Shown one piece after another: positions 10,220 to 20,375 of a stretch of DNA of 64,000 nt. The position numbers and the translations under genes are program-made. This DNA is from Rickettsiales bacterium (lineage in GTDB: Bacteria > Pseudomonadota > Alphaproteobacteria > Rickettsiales > UBA1997), in contig JAGAUJ010000011.1 of assembly GCA_017620845.1 (NCBI GenBank), positions 189 through 64,188 of the forward strand, read 5' to 3'. Below the pieces are notes generated by a model. It saw only the letters and a list, made by a program, of their open reading frames with translations, had not been told where the DNA came from and ran no database searches. Every line of letters starts with the position of its first letter. The stretch's first letter is position 1.

Positions 10220-11452
10220 TTATTTACTTATATAATTTACAACATCATTAATAGCAATTTTTTCCTCCTTACCTTCATCAAGATTTTTCACAGTTAAAAC
10301 ATTACTTTTTACTTCATCTTCTCCAACAATAATCGCATATTTTACACCAATTTTATTTGCCAAATTCATCTTTTTCTTCATATTATTTGCATAAACAAGT
10401 TCAGTTTTTATATTATTATTTAACAACGTATTTTTTAATTTTAAACAATAATTTACTTCATTTTCACTAATCGGAATTACCGCAACTGGTCTAACTTCCA
10501 CAGAATCATTTTCCAACAAAAGCATCAACCTTTCCACACCACTCGCAAAACCAACTGCGGGAGTATCCATGCCACCCATTTTTTTCATCAATTTATCATA
10601 TCTACCACCAGCCAAAACTGTGCTTTGAGCTCCAAGATCAGTTGTTGTAAATTCAAAAACTGTTGAGGTATAATAATCAAGCCCTCTAACAAGATTTGTA
10701 TTTACAATATAATCTATATTCAAAAAAGACAATTTATCTAAAATATTATTAAAAAACTCTTTATCATCATTTGTATAAAAATCACTTATTTTTGGTGCTT
10801 CTAACAATAATTTTTTATCACATTCTTCTTTTGAATCCAATATTCTTAAAACATTTTTTTCAAGCCTAATTTTACTATCTTGCGATAAGTTGTTTTTATA
10901 TTTTTCAAAATATGTTTTTAAAGCAGTTTCAAAATTACTTCTACTTTCTTCGCAACCAAGCGAATTTATTTCAAGAGTTATGTTTTTTAAACCAATAGTT
11001 TTTAAAATTGTATTTGCCATTTGTAAAATATCTACATCACCTAAGTATGTAGCATTTCCAAAATATTCAAAATTTATTTGATTAAATTGTCTATATCTAC
11101 CTTTTTGTGGTCTATCATATCTAAAAGCGGGGCCATAAGAAAATAATTTTAAAGGAAAATTATTATTTAATTCTGGGTTACTTAAAATTGCCCTAACTAT
11201 TCCTGCCGTAAATTCTGGTCTTAAACTTAAAAAATTATCACTTCTATCTTTAAATTTATATATTTCTTTACTTACAACATCGGAAGTGTCGCCCAAGTTC
11301 CTTTCAAATACATCACTGAATTCAATAATTGGTGTAATTATTTCTTTAAAATTGTAAAGTGAAGATATTTTTTTGGCAATATCAACTATAAAATTAAATT
11401 TTTTTATATCTTCATTAAAAATATCCCTTGTTCCTCTAACTGGTTGCAACAT
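10220..11452 (-). CDS. hisS: Histidyl-tRNA synthetase
   Basis: 410 aa with class II motifs: VRGTRD, FRYDRPQKGRYRQF and GGRYD. Confidence 0.95.
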   Translation of the reverse strand: MLQPVRGTRDIFNEDIKKFNFIVDIAKKISSLYNFKEIITPIIEFSDVFERNLGDTSDVVSKEIYKFKDRSDNFLSLRPEFTAGIVRAILSNPELNNNFPLKLFSYGPAFRYDRPQKGRYRQFNQINFEYFGNATYLGDVDILQMANTILKTIGLKNITLEINSLGCEESRSNFETALKTYFEKYKNNLSQDSKIRLEKNVLRILDSKEECDKKLLLEAPKISDFYTNDDKEFFNNILDKLSFLNIDYIVNTNLVRGLDYYTSTVFEFTTTDLGAQSTVLAGGRYDKLMKKMGGMDTPAVGFASGVERLMLLLENDSVEVRPVAVIPISENEVNYCLKLKNTLLNNNIKTELVYANNMKKKMNLANKIGVKYAIIVGEDEVKSNVLTVKNLDEGKEEKIAINDVVNYISK

Positions 11453-11528
11453 AATATTATTTTATTTATTATTTGTTAATTTTATTATTGTATGATTATT
11501 TATTAAGTCAATAGTTTCTTAGTTATTA

Positions 11529-12875
11529 TTATAAATTATTAATATATTTGTTTAATACATTAAATAATTCGTCATTTAATAAATGTTCATTACTTAAAGA
11601 AAATAAACTTTTTTCAAGTTCTTCTACATTAACATTTACCAACAGCGGTTGTAAAGTTTTTACAACAAAATCATCCTTAAAACTTTCATTTACTTTTAAC
11701 ATTGAATATGCACTTTCTTCAATTTCGCCTACACATTCAAAAGGTTTAAAGCCACTTATTCCACATAGTTCTTTAAAGCCTTCAAGTTGTGTTTTATCTT
11801 CAAATAGATTTTTACCAAAAATATTTGTTAACTGCTCTTTATTTAAAAATACTGATAAAATTAAAAATACAAATCTACACTTATCACAATCACAGCACCA
11901 ATGCTCTAATCTATTTTCTATTTTAAAATTTTTATTACAACTTGTAAATACTTCATGATATTGTGTTAATTTAGAAAATAATTTCGCAATATGTATTTCC
12001 GATAAAGGTCTTAAAAATGAAATATAATTCAAGTTTGTTAATAAATATTTTTTAAAGAAATTATTTATTTCTTTTTCAAACTCAAAAGATTTGCTCCATT
12101 GATGGTTTACAACAACATTGGCAAATTCCTTATTTCCAACATTTGCTGATCTTTCATTTGACATTAAAATTGTATCAAAATTATAAATTATAGCACAAGC
12201 AGACATTATAAATGCCAATATTCCACTTATTGGAACGTGTCCATTATAACCACCAATTTGATCTAATATTTTATTTAATTCTAATAATTTACTTGATATT
12301 GTCCTTTTTGGATGAAATGATTTACAACCAGATATCTTTATTGTTTCTTCTATACTTTTAGCAATTCCAATAGAGCAAGTTAAAATGTTTGTTGTATCCT
12401 TAAAAGTTTTAATAATTTCTAATGTTGTAGTTGAGTCTTTACCGCCACCGATAGGAACAACTATTTTATTTATTAAATCTATATTTGATGCGGTATTATC
12501 TATATTTATATTATAAGGAAAATTAATTCTTTCTTTTAAATTAGTAATATTATTTTTACAAGCGAATTCGCCAAGTCCATTAAAGTAGAAATTATTAAAA
12601 AATTCTGCTTGTTCTTTATTTAATTCAAATGTGTTGATTTTTATATTATTTACAACAAATAATTTATAATAACTTATACCACAAGCAAGATGTATGTATT
12701 TAAAAATATTATCTAAAACTTGTAATTCTTCTGTTTTTAATATTTTATTACTTGAGAATTCAATTTTTTCTTCAAAAAATAATTCATTATTATAAGAATA
12801 TTTTAATAAAAGTGTTTTTGTTTTTATATCAAAATTATATGAATCAAAAATAAAGGTCGTATATTTATTTGTCAT
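11529..12875 (-). CDS. Uncharacterised PP-loop-like (adenine nucleotide alpha-hydrolase-type) protein with a C-terminal Cys cluster
   Basis: 448 aa. It has VVPIGGGKDSTTTLE (a variant of the SGGxDS PP-loop), SNERSAN, NHQWSKSFEFE and HWCCDCDKCRFVF. The family is not assigned with certainty. Confidence 0.4.
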   Translation of the reverse strand: MTNKYTTFIFDSYNFDIKTKTLLLKYSYNNELFFEEKIEFSSNKILKTEELQVLDNIFKYIHLACGISYYKLFVVNNIKINTFELNKEQAEFFNNFYFNGLGEFACKNNITNLKERINFPYNINIDNTASNIDLINKIVVPIGGGKDSTTTLEIIKTFKDTTNILTCSIGIAKSIEETIKISGCKSFHPKRTISSKLLELNKILDQIGGYNGHVPISGILAFIMSACAIIYNFDTILMSNERSANVGNKEFANVVVNHQWSKSFEFEKEINNFFKKYLLTNLNYISFLRPLSEIHIAKLFSKLTQYHEVFTSCNKNFKIENRLEHWCCDCDKCRFVFLILSVFLNKEQLTNIFGKNLFEDKTQLEGFKELCGISGFKPFECVGEIEESAYSMLKVNESFKDDFVVKTLQPLLVNVNVEELEKSLFSLSNEHLLNDELFNVLNKYINNL

Positions 12876-12884
12876 TGTATTTTT

Positions 12885-13508
12885 CTAAAAATTATTAATC
12901 TTTTTTAAACTTTCAGTTATAACACTTTCAAGTGTTAGATGTGGATTTCCATTAACAAGTTTTATTACAATTTGTTGAATTGTATGTTTTTGATAACCTA
13001 AACCTTCTAATGCCATAATTGCATCTTTTACAATATCTGTATTGTTTGTTGTAATATCTATACTGTTATTTTCTATTTCTATATTTTTTATATTACTGAA
13101 ATTTTTAATTAGTGAGTTATTTTTTAATTCGTGTATTATTCTTAAAGCAACTTTTGGACCCACACCAGATGCTTTACAAAATACATCTTTATTTTCATTT
13201 GCTATGGCAAAAAATATTTCATTTACTTCTGCAACACTCATTATTTTTTGTGCTACTTTGTTGCCTACACCGCTAACTTTGCATAAAATATTAAAACAGT
13301 TTTGTTCATCTTCTGTTGAAAAGCCAAATAGTGTTATAGAGTCTTCTTTTACAACTGTTTCTATTAATAGGCTAATTTTGTCTTTTTTATCTTGTATTTT
13401 GTTAAGTGTTTTGGATGAACAAAATACTTTGTATCCAACATCGTTTACATTTAGTATTGTATAATCTTCGTAAATTGTATCTATAAAACCGGTTAATTTG
13501 CCTATCAT
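12885..13508 (-). CDS. ruvA: Holliday junction DNA helicase subunit RuvA
   Basis: 207 aa. It has the MIGKLTGFI... N-terminus, two HhH motifs (VSGVGNKVAQKI, ASGVGPKVALRI) and a C-terminal domain III. Confidence 0.9.
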   Translation of the reverse strand: MIGKLTGFIDTIYEDYTILNVNDVGYKVFCSSKTLNKIQDKKDKISLLIETVVKEDSITLFGFSTEDEQNCFNILCKVSGVGNKVAQKIMSVAEVNEIFFAIANENKDVFCKASGVGPKVALRIIHELKNNSLIKNFSNIKNIEIENNSIDITTNNTDIVKDAIMALEGLGYQKHTIQQIVIKLVNGNPHLTLESVITESLKKINNF

Positions 13509-13602
13509 TGTTTTATGTGTTGATTTTTCTTGATGATATTGTGAAATTATAAAAAATCAATTGTTAATTGTTGTTAGAGTTGGGTTGTAAGATAATAATA
13601 AC

Positions 13603-13631
13603 TTGACTTATGTATAAAAATGTATTATTAT
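13603..13631 (+). promoter_or_regulatory. Sigma70-like promoter
   Basis: TTGACT (13603-13608), a 17-nt spacer, then TATTAT (13626-13631). It lies about 30 nt upstream of the ATG at 13663, which is preceded by AAGGAA. Confidence 0.55.
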
Positions 13632-13662
13632 ATGATTATAATTAATTTTTATTAAGGAAAAA

Positions 13663-14181
13663 ATGGATAATTTTTTAGAAAGAGTAATGAATTTTCATAA
13701 AAGTAGTTCTAATAATTTTTTTGGATCTTTTGATGATTTTTTTACAAATAGCCATGAACAATTTTTGAAAAAAATAAGTAGTCATAATAGTCCTTTTAAT
13801 TATTGTGGTTGGACTATTAGCATATTTGAAGATGGTAAACCAAAAAGAACTGTTGGTGCAGAATTAAGAAGAAGTGAAAAAGATAGTAATAATTATGATT
13901 ATAGATATTGTAATATAGAAAATGAAAAAGTAATAGAAAATAAAGAAGAAACAGTTAGTATTGAAAAAGCAAATGAAATTAAAACTGGAATTGGTGCAGA
14001 ATTAGATAATTTATTTAAAAAAGATGAAACAAAAAAAGTGGAACATAGTCCTTCACAACAAGTAAAAAATGAAAATGATGAATTAAAATCAACATCAAAA
14101 CAATTAACAGGAGCTACAAGAGAAACGGAAAGTTTTATAAACAAAATTGTTGGATTTTTTAAATCTTTTTTCAGTAAATAA
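13663..14181 (+). CDS. Hypothetical protein (orphan) with a C-terminal amphipathic tail
   Basis: A 172-aa ORF with its own promoter and an AAGGAA SD. I recognise no family motif. The C-terminus is FINKIVGFFKSFFSK. Confidence 0.4.
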   Translation: MDNFLERVMNFHKSSSNNFFGSFDDFFTNSHEQFLKKISSHNSPFNYCGWTISIFEDGKPKRTVGAELRRSEKDSNNYDYRYCNIENEKVIENKEETVSIEKANEIKTGIGAELDNLFKKDETKKVEHSPSQQVKNENDELKSTSKQLTGATRETESFINKIVGFFKSFFSK

Positions 14182-14222
14182 TAAGTTTATAACTATGTAT
14201 TTATTTTTTATAAACAAAAAAA

Positions 14223-14250
14223 TTGACTATAAAAAATTAATACCTATTAT
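14223..14250 (+). promoter_or_regulatory. Sigma70-like promoter for infA-maf
   Basis: TTGACT (14223-14228), a 16-nt spacer, then TATTAT (14245-14250). Confidence 0.55.
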
Positions 14251-14285
14251 TTACAAATATTATTATTAACAAATGTTTATATTTA

Positions 14286-14510
14286 ATGTCAAGAGAGGAT
14301 GTTATAACAGTTCAGGGAGTTGTTTTAGAATTATTACCAAACACAATATTTAAAGTAAAATTAACTGATATGGATGATACAATTATTACTGCTCATATAT
14401 CAGGAAAAATTAGAAAAAACAAAATAAGAATATTAAAAGGTGACATAGTAGAAATAGAAATGACACCTTATGATCTTACAAAAGGCAGAATATCAAGGAG
14501 ATTAAAATAG
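14286..14510 (+). CDS. infA: Translation initiation factor IF-1
   Basis: 74 aa. The S1-like fold sequence ...[14 protein letters not shown]...[35 protein letters not shown] is highly conserved. Confidence 0.95.
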   Translation: MSREDVITVQGVVLELLPNTIFKVKLTDMDDTIITAHISGKIRKNKIRILKGDIVEIEMTPYDLTKGRISRRLK

Positions 14511-15085
14511 TGCTTGATTTTATACTTGCTTCTGGTTCACAAGTTAGACTTAAATTATTAAGACAAATTGGAGTTGAACCAAAAGCAATAAAACCTGCCG
14601 ATATTGATGAAACACCATTAAAAAAAGAAAAACCAATTGATTATGTGCAAAGAATGGCAAAAATGAAAGCTGAGGCTATTGCTGGCGATAATCAAAATGA
14701 AAATGTTTTATCTGCTGACTCGATAGTTGTTGTTAGAAATAGAATAATTCAAAAACCAAAGGATAAAAAAGAGATAGAATTATTTTTAAATATGTATTCT
14801 GGTAAAAATGTAAAGTGTTATTCAGCTGTTTATTTTATTAAAAAAAATGGTTCTGTTTCTAAAAAACTTGTGTTGACAAAAATTAAATTTAAACACTTAA
14901 CTTCAAAAGATATAAATGATGTATTGAGTGATGAAAAAAATTTAGCATATTCAAGTGCTGGTGGTTTGTTGTTGGAAGGATTTACAGAGTGTTTGATTAA
15001 AAGTATTAACGGTTCATATTCTAATATTTTGGGTTTGCCGTTGTATGATGTTAGAAATATGCTTATATCCGCTGGGGTGTTGTAG
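14510..15085 (+). CDS. maf: Maf-family nucleotide pyrophosphatase / septum formation protein
   Basis: 191 aa with ILASGSQVRLKLL at the N-terminus. The GTG start overlaps the infA stop (TAGTG). infA-maf adjacency is typical of alphaproteobacteria. Confidence 0.85.
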   Translation: MLDFILASGSQVRLKLLRQIGVEPKAIKPADIDETPLKKEKPIDYVQRMAKMKAEAIAGDNQNENVLSADSIVVVRNRIIQKPKDKKEIELFLNMYSGKNVKCYSAVYFIKKNGSVSKKLVLTKIKFKHLTSKDINDVLSDEKNLAYSSAGGLLLEGFTECLIKSINGSYSNILGLPLYDVRNMLISAGVL

Positions 15086-15305
15086 TCTTGCATTTTTTAT
15101 GTATGATGTATTGTGTTATTATATTTTTTGATATAATAACTTCGTTGTTTTGATGGAAAGATTTTAACATGGTGATTAATTAATAAAAATTAATTGTTTG
15201 TTTTGTTGTATCTGGAAATAGTTGAATAAAATGAAAAAATTATAAATATCAAACTAATTTTGTTTTAACACCAACCCAACTCAACACTATGCGTAATCTC
15301 AATAA

Positions 15306-16067
15306 TTAAGGCAAAAATTCAAAATTATATCCTTGTTTTTTCAAATATTTAATACCTTTAATTACGCCATTTCTTACATCTTGTTTTTCTGGATGATTTA
15401 TATGTATTAGCAAAATATCTCCGTTTTTAGCATTTTTCATATTTTTTACAATTGTATCCTTTTTGAATGTTGCGCCGCCATCTATTGCTATGGCAAAACC
15501 AGCAATATTTAACTGTAAATCATTTATTAACTGTATTGCTTCTGTATCGTAATAAGCAGTTCCCGATCTATACCAATTTGGAATTTTATTAATAATTTTA
15601 TAAATTAAATTATTACAGTGTAAAATTTCTTCTTTTAATTCTTCAATATTTCTTGTTCCTTTAATACCATAAATTGTTTTACCATTTATTGATGCTGGTT
15701 TGTGATTTTTTCCATGATTTTGTATATTAAAATAACCACTGTTATCTAATTCTTTAATGGTATCTATATTATTGTTATATAATATGAATTTTGAAGTTAC
15801 AAATAATGTTGATTTGATTTTATTTTTTTTAAGAAAATTAATTATTTTCATATCTAATTGTGAACCACTTTTTCCACCGCAGGCATCAAATGTTAAATAT
15901 ATTATTTTGTTTGTGTTTATAATATTATTAATTATTCCATCTTGGTGTTCTGTAAATGTAGCAAAAATATTTTTTGTGTATAATGAAAGTAAAATAGCAG
16001 TAATATATGATATTTGTTTAAATTTCATAATATTTATTAAATGTATATATTGGTATATCAATACCAT
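15306..16067 (-). CDS. Polysaccharide deacetylase (NodB-homology domain), secreted
   Basis: It has LTFDACGG and QNHGKNH metal/catalytic motifs. The more likely start is the ATG at 16028, which gives the signal peptide MKFKQISYITAILLSL... Confidence 0.7.
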   Translation of the reverse strand: MVLIYQYIHLINIMKFKQISYITAILLSLYTKNIFATFTEHQDGIINNIINTNKIIYLTFDACGGKSGSQLDMKIINFLKKNKIKSTLFVTSKFILYNNNIDTIKELDNSGYFNIQNHGKNHKPASINGKTIYGIKGTRNIEELKEEILHCNNLIYKIINKIPNWYRSGTAYYDTEAIQLINDLQLNIAGFAIAIDGGATFKKDTIVKNMKNAKNGDILLIHINHPEKQDVRNGVIKGIKYLKKQGYNFEFLP

Positions 16068-16140
16068 TTTAATTGTTATTATATAAAAGTAAACTAAAAT
16101 AGGTTGTATTTTTTAAATATAAAATATAATCAAAAATTCC

Positions 16141-16168
16141 TTGATTTTTTTATAAAACAACCTATAAT
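16141..16168 (+). promoter_or_regulatory. Sigma70-like promoter for recJ
   Basis: TTGATT (16141-16146), a 16-nt spacer, then TATAAT (16163-16168). It lies 26 nt upstream of the ATG at 16194. Confidence 0.55.
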
Positions 16169-16193
16169 ATGAATATTAAATATACGTACTTAA

Positions 16194-17975
16194 ATGAGAT
16201 TTAAAGAGAAGAAGTCAGTAAGGGGTTATTATTGGAATGTAAAGGAGTACGACGAGAGATTAGCACTAACAATTCTTCAAAAGACAAAAGTGTCAGAAGT
16301 CGTAAGTCGTATTTTGGCAATAAAAAATATAAAATTAGATAATATAAATGATTATCTTGAACCCAAAATTAGAAACTTATTAAAAGATCCATATCATCTT
16401 TTAGATATGGATAAAGCGGTAAAAACCATATACGATGCAATAATTAATAAAAAAAAGATCTGTATTTTTGGTGATTATGATGTTGACGGAGCAACAGCGA
16501 CTGCATTAATGATAAAATTTTTTAGGAGTTTGCGAGTTAATGTTTTTGTTTATGTTCCCGATAGAATAGAGGATGGTTATGGACTTAATGAACAAGCAAT
16601 AGAGAAATTAAAAAATAAAGGTATAGATCTTATAATAACTGTTGATTGTGGTATATCTTCATATAGTGCAGTTGAATTTGCCAATAGTGTTGGTGTGGAT
16701 GTTGTTATAACAGATCATCATCTTGGTCCGCTTGAAATACCGAGAGCAAAGGCAGTTGTAAATCCTAACAGATTAGATGAAGAGTCTGAATATAAATATC
16801 TTGCTGGTGTTGGTGTTGCTTTCTTTTTATGTATCGCTTTAAATACATATCTTAGAAATAATCATTATTATGAAAGATATAATTTAAAAGAAAAAAATTT
16901 GTTGTATTATCTTGATTTGGTTGCTTTGGGAACTGTTTGTGATGTTATGCCACTTGTTAATATAAATAGGGCATTTGTTAAACAAGGTTTAGAAATTTTT
17001 AAACAAAGAACTAATGTTGGTCTTACTGTTTTGTCTGATTTAATGGAATTAAAAGAAGTAAATGATACTTACCATTTGGGTTATGTTTTGGGACCAAGAA
17101 TAAATGCTTGTGGAAGAGTTGGAGATGTAAGTATTGGTAATAGGTTATTGGCTTGTGAGAATAAATATGAAGCAAAAAATTTGGCAGAGCAATTAAATAA
17201 GTTTAATATTGAAAGACAAGCGATAGAAAAAGATATATTGACAAAGGCAATAGAAAAAATTGAGCGAGAGGAAATATATAAGGAACCAGTTATTTTTATT
17301 TATGGAGATAATTGGCATGAAGGTGTAATTGGAATAATTGCTTCAAGAATAAAAGATAAATATAATAGACCAGTATTTGTTTTGTCTATGGATGATAAAA
17401 TTGGTAAGGCTTCTTGTAGATCTGTTGATAAAAGTATTGATATTGGATCGGTAATCATAAAAGCAAAAGAACAAGGGTTGTTATTAAGTGGCGGTGGACA
17501 TGCTATGGCTGGTGGTTTTACTTTTGATGTTGCAAAATTGCAAGATATAAAACGATTTATGCGAGATAATATAAAAGATAGATTAGATACTTATTTAGAA
17601 CAAAATGATAAGTATGCTGATTTGTTGCTTGATTGTGATGCGGTTAATGAAAAATTGGTTGCTGAATTGGAAAATCTTGGACCGTTTGGAACTGATAATC
17701 CAAAACCCATTATTATATTAAAAGATGCAGTAGTGCTTAATACTAAAAAGTTTGGTAGAAATAAGGAACATTTGAGGTGTATAGTTGGGACAAATAATGT
17801 ATCAAGTCCAGTAAATACTTTGATAGTAAATATATTTAGAGTTAGTGAAAATGATGTTTTATTAAATACTCTTGGAAAAGTTGGAACAAAATGCGATCTT
17901 ATTGGGACTTTATCAATTAATAAGTGGATGAATCTTAATAATATTCAGTTTATTGTTGATGATGTAATATTGTAG
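16194..17975 (+). CDS. recJ: Single-stranded-DNA-specific exonuclease RecJ
   Basis: 593 aa with DHH-family motifs IFGDYDVDGATA, TVDCG and VITDHH, plus the DHHA1 motif GGGHAMAGG. Confidence 0.9.
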   Translation: MRFKEKKSVRGYYWNVKEYDERLALTILQKTKVSEVVSRILAIKNIKLDNINDYLEPKIRNLLKDPYHLLDMDKAVKTIYDAIINKKKICIFGDYDVDGATATALMIKFFRSLRVNVFVYVPDRIEDGYGLNEQAIEKLKNKGIDLIITVDCGISSYSAVEFANSVGVDVVITDHHLGPLEIPRAKAVVNPNRLDEESEYKYLAGVGVAFFLCIALNTYLRNNHYYERYNLKEKNLLYYLDLVALGTVCDVMPLVNINRAFVKQGLEIFKQRTNVGLTVLSDLMELKEVNDTYHLGYVLGPRINACGRVGDVSIGNRLLACENKYEAKNLAEQLNKFNIERQAIEKDILTKAIEKIEREEIYKEPVIFIYGDNWHEGVIGIIASRIKDKYNRPVFVLSMDDKIGKASCRSVDKSIDIGSVIIKAKEQGLLLSGGGHAMAGGFTFDVAKLQDIKRFMRDNIKDRLDTYLEQNDKYADLLLDCDAVNEKLVAELENLGPFGTDNPKPIIILKDAVVLNTKKFGRNKEHLRCIVGTNNVSSPVNTLIVNIFRVSENDVLLNTLGKVGTKCDLIGTLSINKWMNLNNIQFIVDDVIL

Positions 17976-18115
17976 ATGATTTGACATCTTTGTTCTTTTT
18001 AGATGCGCTGGACTTTGTGTCATTATTTTTAGTCCATTTGTTTGTATTGGTGTTAATATTTAATTTATGTTTTACTGTATTGATTGGAGTAATATATTAA
18101 TTATGATTATATGTT

Positions 18116-19234
18116 TTATAGTTCTATCTTTTTTATCAAGAAACAATACATTAATAAAAACAGAAACAACAAAAAGCCCCAAGTGGCCAGTAAGAAATTA
18201 ATTTTATTTGAAGCCCCAAGTTCAAACAATATATTCTGTGATACAAACAAAGCAACACCTAAGCATATGGTTTTAAAAATCATTAAAAAATAGTTTGCTA
18301 CTCTTTGGTTGCTATTTGAAAATAATACACCTATAAATACCATCAATACATATAAAAATGGAGTTAATAATAAATTATGTTTTTTTACAATAAATTTATG
18401 TGTATCAAAACCAAGAGCATCAAATTCTTTAATGAGTTTATTTAAAGAATAAAGCGGTATTAAATCAATGTCTTCATATTTATTTTGTATTTGTTTTTTC
18501 ATAAAATCTTGTGAAATATTTGTTTTCAATACAATTTTGTCTTTAAATTCTACTCTTTTATTTTGTTCAAAAATGTTTATGTTATTTAAAATAAAATAAT
18601 CTTTTATTAATTTCATACTCTCAACATTATATCTATGTTTATATTCGTTGTTTTTATCATTAATTATTATAATAATATCTTTAAATAACAATTCATTTAT
18701 ATATACCCTTTTTGCCCGCACTATAAATTCGTTATGTGTATCTGGGTCAATTTGCTTAAACCAAATACCATCTGTTGATTCTATAAAATATTTATCTTCT
18801 TTTTGTGAATATTTATTTTCAATTATTTGTGATTGTTTAACAAGATTTGAAAAAATAAAATTTAAGAAAAATATGACAAATAAACCAATAGTAAAAGCGC
18901 ATATACTATAAATTTTTAATACTTTCCAAGGTGAAAAATTATTAATATATAAAATAGTTAATTCACTTCTTGAAGATATTTTTATTATTGTAAAAATGAC
19001 CGCTAAAAGTATAATAAATTGCAAAAAACTTTCTATCATATTTGGTATTCTAAATATGATAATTTTTATTGCATCCATTGGTTGTATTGAATATCTTTGT
19101 ATTTTTGGGAAAAATTCCATAAAATCTATAATAAATACTAATATTGATATACTTAATATAATTAACAAAAATATTTTAATAAACTCTTTTAATAAATAAA
19201 ATGTAATTCTTTTTGTTGGAAAATACTTAAACAT
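18116..19234 (-). CDS. lptG: LPS export permease LptG (YjgP/YjgQ family)
   Basis: 372 aa with six-TM YjgP/YjgQ topology and a periplasmic insert. It overlaps the upstream paralogue by 8 nt. Confidence 0.7.
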   Translation of the reverse strand: MFKYFPTKRITFYLLKEFIKIFLLIILSISILVFIIDFMEFFPKIQRYSIQPMDAIKIIIFRIPNMIESFLQFIILLAVIFTIIKISSRSELTILYINNFSPWKVLKIYSICAFTIGLFVIFFLNFIFSNLVKQSQIIENKYSQKEDKYFIESTDGIWFKQIDPDTHNEFIVRAKRVYINELLFKDIIIIINDKNNEYKHRYNVESMKLIKDYFILNNINIFEQNKRVEFKDKIVLKTNISQDFMKKQIQNKYEDIDLIPLYSLNKLIKEFDALGFDTHKFIVKKHNLLLTPFLYVLMVFIGVLFSNSNQRVANYFLMIFKTICLGVALFVSQNILFELGASNKINFLLATWGFLLFLFLLMYCFLIKKIEL

Positions 19235-20303
19235 TTTTTAATTTAATGTTATTAATAAATTTATTTTGTATATAATTAAATATTGTGTAATACAGCGGAC
19301 TAAATAATAGCAGACAACTTATGTATATGTAAATGTTATTTTTTTGTGATGCTTTAATAAAAAATAAATATAAGGCAAAATTTGTTAAACATAAAGTGTA
19401 GGCCCTTATCATACTTTTATTGTCATCATTTCTTGAAAAACTTGTATTTAATATTAAAAGACATGCTAATATTGATAATGTTAATGATAATATTGGAGTA
19501 AGTATTCTATTGGCAATTTCTGCTACAACCTTACTATCTGTATGTTTTATTTTATACAATTCCTTTAAGGACATTAGATCAAAATCAATATTCTTATTTT
19601 TGTTTGTGTTGTAATATTCCGAAATATCAAGTGTGTATTTGTCAAAATATATTGTTTTTAAAGTATTGTTATTATTAAACTCTTGTAAATTACCATTGGT
19701 TAAAACTATATGTGTATTAATTATTTTTCCTTGTTGAGCATAAATAATTCTGTCTGGATTTTCTTTGTCCGTTGATTTTATATATAAAAATATTGAATTT
19801 AAGATGTTATTTTTATCTTCTTTGGCATATATAGTTATATTTTGAAAAGTATTAAAATTTGTATTGTTTAATAATACTTTTACTGCATCATTTTTCATTG
19901 AATCCTTAATATTTTCAAACTTTATATTACTTAATACTAAAAAATGTAATGTTATACTATACGAAATTATTAATATAAATATTGACATCATTAGTATTGG
20001 TGTTATTAAATGCATTGTTTTTAATCCAGAGTTTTGGAAAATTATTAATTCATTGTTTTTAATTAATTTGTTGTATAAAAATATTGTGGACACAAAAGCA
20101 CTTACTGGTATTGTTAACATCAGTAAGTTTGGTAAAATATTTAATATAATTGTAATAAAATTTTTAATATTTAGTCCGTATTCAGTTATGTAATATATAT
20201 ATCTAATTATTCTTGTTATCCATATAATAGATGTTAGTATAAATAACATTAAAATAAAATATTTTAGTAAATTTTTTAACAAATATCTTATATATATTTT
20301 CAA
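19227..20303 (-). CDS. lptF: LPS export permease LptF (YjgP/YjgQ family)
   Basis: 358 aa with the MKIYIRYLLKNLL... N-terminus typical of the YjgP/YjgQ family. It pairs with lptG. Confidence 0.7.
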   Translation of the reverse strand: MKIYIRYLLKNLLKYFILMLFILTSIIWITRIIRYIYYITEYGLNIKNFITIILNILPNLLMLTIPVSAFVSTIFLYNKLIKNNELIIFQNSGLKTMHLITPILMMSIFILIISYSITLHFLVLSNIKFENIKDSMKNDAVKVLLNNTNFNTFQNITIYAKEDKNNILNSIFLYIKSTDKENPDRIIYAQQGKIINTHIVLTNGNLQEFNNNNTLKTIYFDKYTLDISEYYNTNKNKNIDFDLMSLKELYKIKHTDSKVVAEIANRILTPILSLTLSILACLLILNTSFSRNDDNKSMIRAYTLCLTNFALYLFFIKASQKNNIYIYISCLLLFSPLYYTIFNYIQNKFINNIKLKNV

Positions 20304-20375
20304 TTAAATCTTGTTTTTTTTATTTTGTTAATTATACTAAATTATAAATTTTTTAAGTAAATAAAAAAATAGAAA

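Noticed and set aside
11548-13464. There are long antisense ORFs inside real genes. Examples are 11548-11958, 13042-13464, 20492-20908, 25793-26254, 35789-36136, 22297-22626, 30376-30696 and 2660-3001.
   Set aside because: Each lies entirely within, and opposite to, a gene with clear family motifs. Their products are low-complexity S/F/L/I-rich strings. Open antisense frames are a known by-product of codon bias, and there is no independent start or promoter evidence.
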